Shown here: positions 25,592 through 35,279 of the stretch, in pieces
Layout: each line of letters begins with the position of its first letter
Position numbering within the stretch: position 1 is the stretch's first letter
DNA from: Armatimonadia bacterium
GTDB taxonomy: Bacteria > Armatimonadota > Zipacnadia > Zipacnadales > UBA11051
DNA length: 54,498 bases
Reading direction: 5' to 3'
Assembly (NCBI GenBank): GCA_039683575.1
Contig: JBDKRC010000113.1
Location: forward strand, 1-54,498
The notes under the pieces: model-generated
Told to the model about the DNA's origin: nothing
Database searches by the model: none
The model's input: the letters and a program-made list of their open reading frames with translations, nothing else
Program-made: the position numbers and the translations under genes

Positions 25592-26617
25592 TCACTGCAC
25601 CGGGTATCTTGCTGATACCTCGGTATAGACTCGGAGGGCTGTCTTATTGTCTGGGTACTTCATCCGTATGAGGTTCGAACTCAACAGACCATACGCAGGA
25701 AAACCGTGGGCTCCAAGCTCCCATGCATTCGTAAGAGTATTGTCTATCCACTTTTCGCTGTCAGGCTCGGCCCGCTCAACATAGGCAGTCGTTGCCTTGG
25801 CCATGGCCTCCGCGGCTGCGGCGGTTCTGGCTGGATCGTCGGAAGCCAAGGCCATCATCCAAGCGAAACCAGCCACCATAGCGGCATCGAAATGACGCCC
25901 TTGACGGGAGTGCAGATCGACACTCCTTGTCAGAGCCTGCCACTCCACCCCCATCTCGGTAAGCGCAGCGAGGTCAACAGCACGCAGGTAATCTTCTTTG
26001 GCCTTCAGGGCGTATTGCCTGTTGAAATTGGCCAAGTACTCCTGTCGCGCCATCTCTCCAAACCACGCTGCCGCATTAGCTTCCTCGATGCCCGCCATGG
26101 CTTCCTCAGCCTCTGCCCGCGCCGCGAGGCGTCTGGCCCCCTTGATATTCCCCGAAAGAAGCGCCATACCAGCTGCCGTGTAGCTCGTATTCGATTCCTT
26201 CCCCCACACTGCCGCCGCTGCAGCATGACCCGTCCCCTCCCCGTCGGCGTATGCCGCGTTGGCATCCCGTTGGGCGGCCATTGTCTCCCCGGCCCTAGCC
26301 GACTTCACGTATAAGTTCCATCGCTGCTGAATAGCGTGGAGTTTCCGTTCAAAGGTCGGCTGATATGCAGCGGCGCAGTAACTGCATGGTGCGTACCCTG
26401 CATCGAGGGCCATTCGGGCAGTATCAAACATGACGCGAAAGCCAGAGATCCATTCTATGCAGGGACCATCAATCTTATGAAACAGCTTTGATTGATAGTA
26501 AGCCCCCATCACAGGCATGTCCAGCTGATCGGGTTGTCTATTCTGAGTTGTTTGACACTCTGCCTCGATCGACAGGAGAACACTCGCTACTGCTGCCAGA
26601 CGAACTATGGTGAGCAT
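25592..26617 (-). CDS. Secreted hypothetical protein with an Ada-type metal-binding domain
   Basis: Signal-like N-terminus, then SKLFHKIDGPC...FDTARMALDAGYAPCSYC, then Ala-rich helices; GGGAGGGG RBS. Confidence 0.6.
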   Translation of the reverse strand: MLTIVRLAAVASVLLSIEAECQTTQNRQPDQLDMPVMGAYYQSKLFHKIDGPCIEWISGFRVMFDTARMALDAGYAPCSYCAAAYQPTFERKLHAIQQRWNLYVKSARAGETMAAQRDANAAYADGEGTGHAAAAAVWGKESNTSYTAAGMALLSGNIKGARRLAARAEAEEAMAGIEEANAAAWFGEMARQEYLANFNRQYALKAKEDYLRAVDLAALTEMGVEWQALTRSVDLHSRQGRHFDAAMVAGFAWMMALASDDPARTAAAAEAMAKATTAYVERAEPDSEKWIDNTLTNAWELGAHGFPAYGLLSSNLIRMKYPDNKTALRVYTEVSARYPVQ

Positions 26618-26648
26618 ATAGCCCCCTCCCCATATGTCTCTATTAGTC

Positions 26649-27524
26649 TTACTTCTCCCAGATATGTATTCTGGTCACGACCATGTCGTGCAGTGTGAAC
26701 TCTACGTTATTGTTTCCGGTGTACCGTAGAATGCAGTCACGCGAGTACGTTCGGCTCGTCGGCCCGAAAGTCACTGTAATGCTACCACCACCAAGTGAAC
26801 CGTTCCCGGGGCCACTCGATGTGAATGTAAGCGCTTCATCTGGATATCCATACCTGTATATGACGCGTTTGAAGTCATCGCCTAGCTTGATGTAGCGGTG
26901 CGGTCGCCATAGGGCAGTCCGCGCGTAGTTGCATTTCTCTGCGGCGACGGCGATCACCTTGACAAACCCATTGGGGTCCAGAACAAAACCCAGTACTACA
27001 GGACCTTCACTATAGACCCACTCGACCTCTCCAGGTCCAAGCGTTACCCAGATAGCAGTTGCCCAGATTGGGAACGGCTCAGTCTGCAGGCCACCAGCTG
27101 CCGTCGCGCCCGGTGCGGCAGCACCTCCAGGGCCGCCCGCAGCAGCTTCCGGCCCTGCCCCTGGAAACGCTCCCGCGCCGCCCGCTTCCATTCCCGGCAT
27201 GCCGGGCATTCGTTCCCCGCCCATGGGTCCCATCCCGCCTGGCATAGCTTCCATGCCAGGTGCACCCGGCCCGGTGATACCGGGAATACCTTCGGGAGCT
27301 GACACCTGGGGCGCGCCGGCGGCTCCTTGCGCCGCTGCGATCTCCTCGCCTTCGCCCACGGCGATCCCGTCAGGCGTGCCGTAGACATCCAGCAGCGTGA
27401 TGGCGTGGTCGCCGAGGCGAATCCCAGCCAACTGCACTTCCTTTGCCTCGGCTGCAGTCACAAGAGCTGACAGTGTGAACGCCAGACCCGCCGCTAGTAG
27501 TGCGCGGCTCAACAGGAAACGCAT
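26649..27524 (-). CDS. Secreted hypothetical protein with a central Gly/Pro/Ala/Met-rich linker
   Basis: Signal peptide (MRFLLSR...AAEA), AGGAG RBS, low-complexity PGMGG/GAGP segment. Confidence 0.75.
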   Translation of the reverse strand: MRFLLSRALLAAGLAFTLSALVTAAEAKEVQLAGIRLGDHAITLLDVYGTPDGIAVGEGEEIAAAQGAAGAPQVSAPEGIPGITGPGAPGMEAMPGGMGPMGGERMPGMPGMEAGGAGAFPGAGPEAAAGGPGGAAAPGATAAGGLQTEPFPIWATAIWVTLGPGEVEWVYSEGPVVLGFVLDPNGFVKVIAVAAEKCNYARTALWRPHRYIKLGDDFKRVIYRYGYPDEALTFTSSGPGNGSLGGGSITVTFGPTSRTYSRDCILRYTGNNNVEFTLHDMVVTRIHIWEK

Positions 27525-27596
27525 AATACGCTCCTCTTTCACGCCAGGACTGCGATGCGTGCTGCAATCCAGCAACTTGTTCTATTTCAAGCGCTG

Positions 27597-27625
27597 AGTA
27601 TAGCACAGGAGGAAGCGGTTTTCAA
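27597..27625 (-). promoter_or_regulatory. Sigma70 promoter with extended -10
   Basis: TTGAAA-N17-TATACT with TG upstream of the -10, minus strand. Confidence 0.7.
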
Positions 27626-27661
27626 CCCGCCACTATACCTGTGAAGCCATCTTGAACGACC

Positions 27662-28339
27662 CTAGTCCGAAGCCAGATCGTGGCTCACGAGTTCGTAGGT
27701 GTAGTCCAGCACCTGCCCGTACCACCGCTCCTGCCGGACCTCCCCGATATTCGGAGCATACCAGCTTCTCAGTATGTCAACCGGTTCGCCCGCTGCCGCG
27801 ATGGTATCGTCCACCTTCACGCAACCTTGGTAGGTCACGCCATTGGACACAACTGTCTGATCTACACCGGTAATGGTGAGGCTCTCGTCCTCAAAGGGCA
27901 CGGTCCAGGTGTTGCCAACGGTCAGCGGCACCTTCAGCAGATAGTACCCCTCGTCCGCAAGCCCCTCCTTGATCAGCAGCCCCTGCGCCGCATGGCGCGC
28001 ATAGAGGGTCACCGCTTCCGTCTCCCCGGCATAGAGCGCCTCACGCACATACCACGTGCTGCCACCGATTTCCTCGGTGCCGGTAATCCGGATGATATCG
28101 TTCTCATTGCTCTGCTTGGTCCGCATGATGCCACGGGCCCGCGGCTTCAGCCCCTTCACGCTCGCCGTCTGCGCCACCTGCGTGAACTTGTACTGCCATT
28201 CGTTCCCGACGGCCAGAGGCATATACGCCGAAGTTGCCGCCGAGCCACCATCGCTGCTCCCGCCTCCCCCACACCCACTCAGCGCCACGCCAAGCCCAAC
28301 TATCGCCAAAACGACGAGCATCTTGTGCAACATCTTCAC
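27662..28339 (-). CDS. Putative lipoprotein
   Basis: Lipobox LSGC followed by GGGGSS; YMPLAVGNEWQY and WYAPNIGEV motifs typical of beta-rich lipoproteins. Confidence 0.75.
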   Translation of the reverse strand: MKMLHKMLVVLAIVGLGVALSGCGGGGSSDGGSAATSAYMPLAVGNEWQYKFTQVAQTASVKGLKPRARGIMRTKQSNENDIIRITGTEEIGGSTWYVREALYAGETEAVTLYARHAAQGLLIKEGLADEGYYLLKVPLTVGNTWTVPFEDESLTITGVDQTVVSNGVTYQGCVKVDDTIAAAGEPVDILRSWYAPNIGEVRQERWYGQVLDYTYELVSHDLASD

Positions 28340-28453
28340 CTCGATATCCCTATTAAGCTGGACCTCACGCGTGGGGCCGACAATGCGTGGCGGCTATAGC
28401 TCGTTCCAGTTGCCTGTTCCCAGTTCCCCGCCTCTTTGACACCCCCGGGCCAC

Positions 28454-29473
28454 TCAGGTTCCCATCACCAACATGATCTTCATGACCTCCGCCCCACCCC
28501 GCCGTGCCAGCGCAAAGGCCTCTTCGTACTCATCTATCCCAAACCTGTGGCTGATTACCGGCCGCCCCTTCAGCGCGTCCCCCGCGAGCATCTCCACCGT
28601 CTGCGGGTACACATTCGGGCTCCCCCGTACCCCGATTATGGTCTGCTCGCGGTCAATCAGCGTCTCCATCGCCGCCACCGGCTCGCGTCCCGACAACCCC
28701 ACAACGCCGATCCGGCTCGTGTATCCGCCCAACTGCAGCGCGTCCCGAAAGGCCCCCGCAGTGCCCGCAGCCTCAATCACTACGTCAAAGAGCCCCGCCC
28801 ACTCCGCCAAATCAACCTCTTTCGAGTTCACAGTCTCATCCGCCCCCAGCTCCCGCGCCAACCGCAGCTTCGGCTCGCTTCGCGTCACCATAGCCACGTG
28901 CCGCGCCCCGAAAACCTTCGCCGCCTGCGCGCAGAACTGCCCGATGCTCCCTCCGCCCACCACCGCCACCCGGTCAAGCGGCGTCACTGCCGTCTTCAGA
29001 CAAGCATACACCCCCACCGACGCGGGCTCCACCAGCGCCGCCAACTCCGGGTCATCCACCGGGAACCGGTGCACAAAGTCCGCCCGCTGGACGTGGTACT
29101 CCCTCATCGCCCCATCCCGCCGCACAATCCCCGTCTCCGTCCCCTGCGGGCACAGGTTGTGGTGGCCAGTCAGACAAAGCCGGCACCGCAGGCAACCAAT
29201 GCCCGTCTCTCCCACCACCAAATCCCCTTCACGCAGCCCCTCAACGCCCTCCCCCACCTCCGTCACATATCCCGCCCACTCATGCCCTGGCGTAATCGAG
29301 TACTTAGTCAGCCCCCGCAAAATCGCCCCATGCTCGCCGCTGATGACTTCAAGGTCCGTATGGCAGATCCCCGCCGCCGCTACCCGCACCACAACCTCTC
29401 CCGGCCCCGCCTGCGGCTGCGGCACCTCTTCCATCCTCAGGTCATTCGGCCCATGTACCCTAAGGGCCCACAT
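28454..29473 (-). CDS. Zinc-dependent alcohol/polyol dehydrogenase (MDR family)
   Basis: GICHTD, GHEWAG, CLRCRLC...C, VEP, GGGSIG. Confidence 0.9.
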   Translation of the reverse strand: MWALRVHGPNDLRMEEVPQPQAGPGEVVVRVAAAGICHTDLEVISGEHGAILRGLTKYSITPGHEWAGYVTEVGEGVEGLREGDLVVGETGIGCLRCRLCLTGHHNLCPQGTETGIVRRDGAMREYHVQRADFVHRFPVDDPELAALVEPASVGVYACLKTAVTPLDRVAVVGGGSIGQFCAQAAKVFGARHVAMVTRSEPKLRLARELGADETVNSKEVDLAEWAGLFDVVIEAAGTAGAFRDALQLGGYTSRIGVVGLSGREPVAAMETLIDREQTIIGVRGSPNVYPQTVEMLAGDALKGRPVISHRFGIDEYEEAFALARRGGAEVMKIMLVMGT

Positions 29474-30305
29474 TGCGCCCTGCCTTCGGCTCGCAGCACA
29501 CCGACACAGCCACATCGCCACTGTGAATGTCTCCCCCGCGCGCCAGCACCCGGGCCTCCGCCTGCGTACCGCTGACCTTCGTGATCATCACACTCGCCAG
29601 AAGCTTCTGCGGCACCCGCTCCTCGCCTTCAGTCCCCGCCCGGTACAGCAGAAACCGGAATCCCGTCTCTGCTCCCGAGTTCTCGGGCAGCTTAAGCTTC
29701 ACGGTAGTCCCGTCGCCCTGCTCCGCCACCTCGCCGATGATCCCCGTATACTTCCCCGCCGCCACCGCCACCTCGGCCAGCACCCCTGCCAGAGCCCGCC
29801 CGATCAGCACGTCGGTCGGCTCAGGCGTCCGGTCATTCCTCCGCACCTCCGCCGTCTTCGTCACCGCCTGAACCGCCTGCCCCGACACCTGGTCAATCGC
29901 CTCCACAAACACCGTCATCCTGATTGCCCCGGTCTTCTTATCCACCTCCAGGCGCTGCACCGTCCCCGTGAACAGCACATCCGCCTGCAGCGCATGGCCG
30001 ATTTCCTGTAGGTACCCCACGGCATACGGCGGCCGCAGCCCCCGCTGCTCCAGCGCCTGGTCGGTCTGCGCCCGGTCCACCACCCGCCACACACCCGTCG
30101 CCCCCAGTTCCAGCGCCAGTTGGTCAGCCGCCCGCCGCCCCAGCAGGTGTCCCGAATACATGCTCGTGTTATGGAAGGGCAGCACTGCCGCGCCCGGCCT
30201 GAAAGTCGCCGCACCTGCCGCGGAGTGCAGCAAAACGGCCGCCAGGCCCCATAGCAGGACCTGGCGGCAACTAACTGACAACCTGGATGGACTTCCAGAT
30301 ATCAC
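29460..30305 (-). CDS. Secreted CsgG/TolB-N-like domain protein with a FlgT-C-like beta domain
   Basis: Signal peptide; AVLPFHN...WRVVDRAQ...IGHALQADVLFTGTV; overlaps both neighbours (operon). Confidence 0.55.
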   Translation of the reverse strand: MISGSPSRLSVSCRQVLLWGLAAVLLHSAAGAATFRPGAAVLPFHNTSMYSGHLLGRRAADQLALELGATGVWRVVDRAQTDQALEQRGLRPPYAVGYLQEIGHALQADVLFTGTVQRLEVDKKTGAIRMTVFVEAIDQVSGQAVQAVTKTAEVRRNDRTPEPTDVLIGRALAGVLAEVAVAAGKYTGIIGEVAEQGDGTTVKLKLPENSGAETGFRFLLYRAGTEGEERVPQKLLASVMITKVSGTQAEARVLARGGDIHSGDVAVSVCCEPKAGRNVGP

Positions 30306-32509
30306 TTCTTAAGCTCCTCCAGTTGCGCCGGCGTCAGCGTTTCCAGCCCCTCCGGCCCAATCTCCACGCCCACGCGCCCCACCTGTACCTGCACCCGCGA
30401 CCCCAGCGCCAGGTACTGCCCCAAGTCCGGTCGCGCCTTCAGCAGATCAAAGTACGCCTGGCTGAACGCCTTCACCTTCAGGATCTGGCCCTTCTCCTGC
30501 CAGGCCGTATCCTGCCATACTTCGCCATCCTGGAAGAATGTCCTCTGCCCGACGCTCTGGTAAGTCTGATACCGCCCGTCGGACTGTGCGTTCTCCTTCA
30601 TCGCCTGGATGTTCTGCGCCGCAACCACCGCCCCGGCCCCGATCTGCGTCTTGCTCATGGCATCGTAGGCCGCGCGCGGTGCCGGCGCTCCGGCGGGCAT
30701 CGCGTGGTTGAACGCCTCCTGCTGCCGCGGCGCCGCTGCCGCCACAACCTTGTCTTCCTGCACCAGATAGCTCGTGTACGGGGTCACAATCCCGAACTTC
30801 AGCGCCAGCCGCACGACTTCTTCCCTGATCTCCTTGTCATCGCCGTGCAGCCGCAACTCATCGAGCAGGTGCCCGATCCGCCGTCCGGCCCAGACCCGCG
30901 CCAGGAACGGATTCCCCAGGTTCTCCGCCGGGAAGCTCGCCTCATAGGTGAACGTCCGTTCCTGGCCCGCCCCGGTTCCCGTCAGCGTGATCGCGGACCC
31001 GCCGCTGCCATCATACCGTCCCACCAGCACCAACTGCGACCCCACAAACAGGTCCGGCAACTTCTGCGGGTAGATGTCATGTGTCTGCGCGCTCGCCACC
31101 TTCACCCGCAGGTTTGACAGCACCGGGTGGCTCATCTTCGAGTAGAGACTCGATACCGCCGCCTCGATATCCTCCCCGGGCCGCACATAGTTGCTCGACC
31201 CGCCATTGCCGTCCGCCACGCGGTCCAGCAGGTGGGTATTCACGTCATCGCCCACACCGAAAACGAACATCCGCGCCACTCTCTCCCCCGCCTCATCCTT
31301 CGCCTCGCTGTGGTTGGCCTTCGCCACATTCTTCAGAATCGCCTCGAGGTCACGTTCCCCGGCCGTGGGCAGCCCATCGGTCAGGAAGATGACCATCTTC
31401 GGACGCTCGCCGGGCTTGCCCGCCAGTTCCAGCGACTGCACCAGCGCGTCGTTCAGTGCCGTCGAGCCCGCCGCGTCGATCTTGGCGACAGACTCCTTGG
31501 CCCGCTTCACATTCTCCGGCGACGCCTCCAGCAGCTTGTCCTCAAACGACCGCGTCTCGGTCGCGAAGCTGATCAGCCCAAACCTGTCCTTCGGCCGCAG
31601 CGCCCCCAGACAGAACTCAAACGCCTTCTTCGCCTGTTCGACCTTCTCGCCCGTCATGCTGCCGGACGTATCCACGGCGAAGATGACGTCCTTACCCTCG
31701 ATCTCCTGGTTTCCCCACTCCTGCTTGGGCGACAGCAGCATCATGAAGTAACCCGGCTCCCCCTCTTCCCGGTGGGTCAGCACATTCAGACCGAAGTCCT
31801 TCTCCGCCATCGTGTAGAACAGCTCAAAGTCGCTGTTGAAATTGGTGTCATCCAGTTCCAGCCCCGCCGACACATTGTTGTCGCCCTTGCGCACAACCTC
31901 GATCTTGTGGCTCGGCGAGTACACGGACTTGATCGGCACCTGCGACTTGATGTTGATGTCCACGACCAGCTTGCCCACGTTCGGCTCGCTCCGCCCCAGC
32001 TTGACCGCGTGGGTATACCGCACCACGCCGGACTCTGCCTTCAGAACCTGCGTGAACTGCAGCTTGGTCTGCACATCCCCATCCGGCGGCACCGGGAAGA
32101 TGCTCGCCTTGAACAATCCCCCACCCTCATACTCAAGCAGCGCCGGGTCGCGCATCGTCCTCACGATGTCTTCGTAGATCTTCCGTGCTTTATCCCGGTC
32201 CAGGAGCTCCCCCTTCATCTCCTTGCCATTCATCCAGTACGAAAAGTCGCTAACCGACGCACCCACCGGCAGCGGGTACAGGAACGTGCCCTCAACCTGC
32301 TGCCTATGCGGGTTGTGCAGGACAGTAGTGACAGTCGTCCGCGCGACCTGATCATTGATCTGGGTCTCAACATGCTGCGACTTGCACTGCAGATAAAGGG
32401 GCTTGATCTCAGGTCGTGGTGGCGGATGGGGGATAACAACACAAGCGCTGACCAGGCCGCAAAGCAGCACCGCCAGAACTACACTCACGGGCACCAAACA
32501 CCTATGCAT
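30302..32509 (-). CDS. Secreted VIT + von Willebrand factor A domain protein
   Basis: Signal peptide; VIT (VEGTFLYPLP...DPALLEY); MIDAS DTSGSM, LTDG; LALKFGIVTPYTSYLV; GAGGTGAG RBS. Confidence 0.9.
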   Translation of the reverse strand: MHRCLVPVSVVLAVLLCGLVSACVVIPHPPPRPEIKPLYLQCKSQHVETQINDQVARTTVTTVLHNPHRQQVEGTFLYPLPVGASVSDFSYWMNGKEMKGELLDRDKARKIYEDIVRTMRDPALLEYEGGGLFKASIFPVPPDGDVQTKLQFTQVLKAESGVVRYTHAVKLGRSEPNVGKLVVDINIKSQVPIKSVYSPSHKIEVVRKGDNNVSAGLELDDTNFNSDFELFYTMAEKDFGLNVLTHREEGEPGYFMMLLSPKQEWGNQEIEGKDVIFAVDTSGSMTGEKVEQAKKAFEFCLGALRPKDRFGLISFATETRSFEDKLLEASPENVKRAKESVAKIDAAGSTALNDALVQSLELAGKPGERPKMVIFLTDGLPTAGERDLEAILKNVAKANHSEAKDEAGERVARMFVFGVGDDVNTHLLDRVADGNGGSSNYVRPGEDIEAAVSSLYSKMSHPVLSNLRVKVASAQTHDIYPQKLPDLFVGSQLVLVGRYDGSGGSAITLTGTGAGQERTFTYEASFPAENLGNPFLARVWAGRRIGHLLDELRLHGDDKEIREEVVRLALKFGIVTPYTSYLVQEDKVVAAAAPRQQEAFNHAMPAGAPAPRAAYDAMSKTQIGAGAVVAAQNIQAMKENAQSDGRYQTYQSVGQRTFFQDGEVWQDTAWQEKGQILKVKAFSQAYFDLLKARPDLGQYLALGSRVQVQVGRVGVEIGPEGLETLTPAQLEELKK

Positions 32510-32608
32510 GAGGCTCACCTCTACTTTGAACTCGTTGCTATCAGCTAAGAGCCCGCCAGGCCTCAGTTTCTTCCCAACTGTCCTCTCAAGTGACGACTCC
32601 GACATCCC

Positions 32609-32741
32609 ATAGTGCGGACGTCCCGCCCGCCGCCGTCATCACCGACCAGCCCCCGCTCCGGCGGAGGGGCCGAGCTTCAGCCGGCCCAAGCCGCTATCAC
32701 CGGTCTTCACGCCGCCTAGCGCGGGCGTCCCGCCGGCCGTT
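32609..32741 (+). repeat. Cluster of three degenerate REP-like hairpins and two copies of the conserved tail
   Basis: atagtgcggacgtcccgcccgc, gccgtcatcaccgacc (32632), ggaggggccgagcttcagccggccc, gccgctatcaccggtc (32690), ctagcgcgggcgtcccgccggccg. Confidence 0.7.
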
Positions 32742-33101
32742 AACATGAGTCATCAACACGAAGGAGGTACCAATCGGGGAATTGCCGGAGGTCTCTGCCG
32801 CTACGACGACAGGAACCGGGGTGCCGCTTTGCCTGGCCCACTCCAGAGCGCGCTTCTCGTCTTGCAGCGCACGTGGATCCCGGTAGCGCTTCAGAACCAG
32901 CAAGTCAGCATTGCCGTCGGCATCCTGCGTGTGGAGGATCGAGACATGAGGACGGGGGTAGGCAGGTCCGGAGGGCAGCATCGCATTGACAATGACTGTC
33001 CGCCCTCGCTGCGCCGTGAGCACAGACCCGAGGTAGGCCAGATCATCGGTCACTGCATCGGGGTACGGCTCGTCAGACATGGGAACCTCGGGGGTGCTCA
33101 T
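32697..33101 (-). pseudogene. Truncated APH/choline-kinase-like phosphotransferase (N-lobe only)
   Basis: AGGAGG RBS; VLKRY...DEKRALEW...TPVPVV...FVLMTHVNG, then reads into the REP cluster and stops; no HGD/D catalytic lobe. Confidence 0.6.
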
Positions 33102-33242
33102 CCTTGGTGGCCTCCTGTGGTTCAACCCATCATTCTGGCACCGACGAACCCTTCCCGTTCCCCACGGCCCCCCGAGGAAACCGTCCACCCTCAAAACCCA
33201 GCTCTGTACGAGCGATCACGGATCGCGACGCTCTCCGCCCCA

Positions 33243-34484
33243 CTACTTCACATGAATATGGTAGACTTCGCCGCGCGTCTCAATGCGATACGCGCACGCA
33301 TCGCATAGAATCTTGAGCGCCGCTTTGAATGGCACGCCCGCGCTGTAATCCTGCGTCACCAACTGGCCGTTCACGCCCTCATGCAGCACCACTCGCGCCC
33401 CAACTGCCGCTGCCATCTCCCGAATGGCCTTGGACGATGGGACCTCACGGAACACAAGCCTGATGATGGCGTCGTCCTGCGGCGCAGGTTCTCCGGTGAA
33501 TCCCGGCACCAGGGCCTCCAATTCCGCTGCCACACCCGGCACGTCCCCTTCCAGCCGCACCTGTAGCCGATGCGTCCCCGCCCGCGCCGCCACCATTTTC
33601 ACCGGCAGTTGCAGCTTCTGCCCCCGACGCATCTCCCCACGATACAGCACGCCCTGGTCACTCCCCATCACCCGCAACCCGTCGTGCGGCAGCACGGACA
33701 CCCGCACTACAGCCTCCGCCTGTCCTGTGATCACCAGTTGCCCCACCACCGGTACCCCGACCGGCCGTTCCACCGGCGGCACGAAGGCCAACTGCACCTC
33801 ACCTGCCTGTCTCTGCAGCGGCGCCGGCACGTTGCCCGCATCGTCCCCCGCCGCGAACGTCCCCGCCGGCTTGCTGCCACCGCCCGGCGCCACGGGGACA
33901 CTCACCAGCTTCGCTCCCCACGAACCGAACGTCGGTGTTCTGCCCTCGCCGGCCGGCGGCGCCACCATCGGCGGCCTGACAAAGCCTCGGCCCCTCCCCC
34001 AGCCACCACCACGAGCGGCTCTGTATGGCCGCTGCAGGCCTGCCGGCGCCCCAGAGTGGGGCTGTGGCTGCATTGCGGGAGCTGGCTCGGCGCCCCGGAC
34101 AACTGCTTGCTGCATGGGGTTGTACGCGAACGGGGAACTCTGGGGCAGATCTACGACGTTCACTGGGTTAAGAACGAAGGCCCACAGCGCGATCAGGCAG
34201 CAAGCGGCCATCGAGGCCGAGGCCGCGACCGGGTGCCAATAGGTGCGCCAGAACGAGTAAGTGGGGGAAACCTCATCCAGCGCGCGGCTGATGCGAGACA
34301 GCAAATCCGCCGGAGGGGTGACTTGGGGCAATGAGCGCAGGTCCGCCACAGTGGCCTTGAAGCCCGCAAGATCGGCCGCGCATGTCGCGCATTGCTCAAG
34401 ATGCAGCCGTGCCTCGACTGCTCCCGGCGACTGGCTCCCCTCCAGTACGTCGGTGTAGTGTTCATGACAGGTTGCGCAGTCCAT
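33243..34484 (-). CDS. Zinc-finger (ZAS) anti-sigma factor with TM helix, Ig-like region and C-terminal STN-like domain
   Basis: MDCATC...HLEQCATC, TM segment, C-terminal RLVFREVP...AIREMA...VPFKAALKILC...GEVYHI; directly downstream of the ECF sigma. Confidence 0.78.
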   Translation of the reverse strand: MDCATCHEHYTDVLEGSQSPGAVEARLHLEQCATCAADLAGFKATVADLRSLPQVTPPADLLSRISRALDEVSPTYSFWRTYWHPVAASASMAACCLIALWAFVLNPVNVVDLPQSSPFAYNPMQQAVVRGAEPAPAMQPQPHSGAPAGLQRPYRAARGGGWGRGRGFVRPPMVAPPAGEGRTPTFGSWGAKLVSVPVAPGGGSKPAGTFAAGDDAGNVPAPLQRQAGEVQLAFVPPVERPVGVPVVGQLVITGQAEAVVRVSVLPHDGLRVMGSDQGVLYRGEMRRGQKLQLPVKMVAARAGTHRLQVRLEGDVPGVAAELEALVPGFTGEPAPQDDAIIRLVFREVPSSKAIREMAAAVGARVVLHEGVNGQLVTQDYSAGVPFKAALKILCDACAYRIETRGEVYHIHVK

Positions 34485-34571
34485 GCTGTGGCCTCGAGGA
34501 CGATGTAGACGGCTGTAGACCCAGGCGTGCATCCTGTGCGTTGCCTGGCGTCTGGCGTTAGGACTTCTTCT

Positions 34572-35147
34572 TCATCCGATTAGTTCCAGGTCCTTTTCCA
34601 TCTCCTCACGCAACGCCAACCGCGCGCGGTTCAGCCGGCTCTTGACCGTCCCCAGTGGCAGCTTCAGCATCTCCGCGATTTCCTCATATGAGAACCCCGC
34701 CAGGTCATACATTATCAGCACCGTACGGTGCTCCATCCGCAGCCGCCCCAGCGCCTTGTGCACCGTCTGCTGCAACTCCGAGTCCATCGCCGTCCGCTCC
34801 GGCAGAGCCCTGGTGTCAGGGATTTCGCGCTCTGCCAGCGGCTCCTCCGGCGAATCCAGAGTCAGGCTCTGCGCATGCCGCTTCTCGCGCCGGACCATAT
34901 CGAGACAAACATTACTCACAATGCGGTAAAGCCAGGTGGTAAACGAAGAGGAACGACGGAAGGTCCGCAGCGAGCGGAAGGCCCGCACGAACGACATCTG
35001 CGTGGCATCCGCGGCAGAGTCATGGTCGCCCAGGATCCTGTACGCGGTATTGAAGACGAGCGGATATGCTCGAGCCACAAGCTGATCAAAGCTGTGCCTG
35101 TCGCCGGCCTGCGCCTGTACGATCAGGTCATTCTCACTGAAGCCCAA
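34572..35147 (-). CDS. ECF sigma-70 factor (SigW/RpoE-like)
   Basis: GDRHSFDQL, DATQMSF, FTTWLYRIVSNVCLD, FSYEEIAEML.LPLGTVKSRLNRAR; TTG start with GGAGGGG. Confidence 0.93.
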   Translation of the reverse strand: MGFSENDLIVQAQAGDRHSFDQLVARAYPLVFNTAYRILGDHDSAADATQMSFVRAFRSLRTFRRSSSFTTWLYRIVSNVCLDMVRREKRHAQSLTLDSPEEPLAEREIPDTRALPERTAMDSELQQTVHKALGRLRMEHRTVLIMYDLAGFSYEEIAEMLKLPLGTVKSRLNRARLALREEMEKDLELIG

Positions 35148-35279
35148 ACCTGCCCCTCCAACTCTCCCTCAAATCAATCCCGCCAGCCCTGATCGCCAAG
35201 CCGGCGCCACCACAGCCCAAGCTTCGCACACTGGTGTACGCCCAACATTCCTGTCGGGCACGCCCCTCAACCACTTTGG

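Noticed and set aside
23642-25615. 657-aa + strand ORF, and similar long antisense ORFs (18942-20402, 28473-30011, 31127-32548)
   Set aside because: Shadow frames opposite well-supported genes, expected in high-GC DNA; Arg/Pro/His-rich with no motifs.
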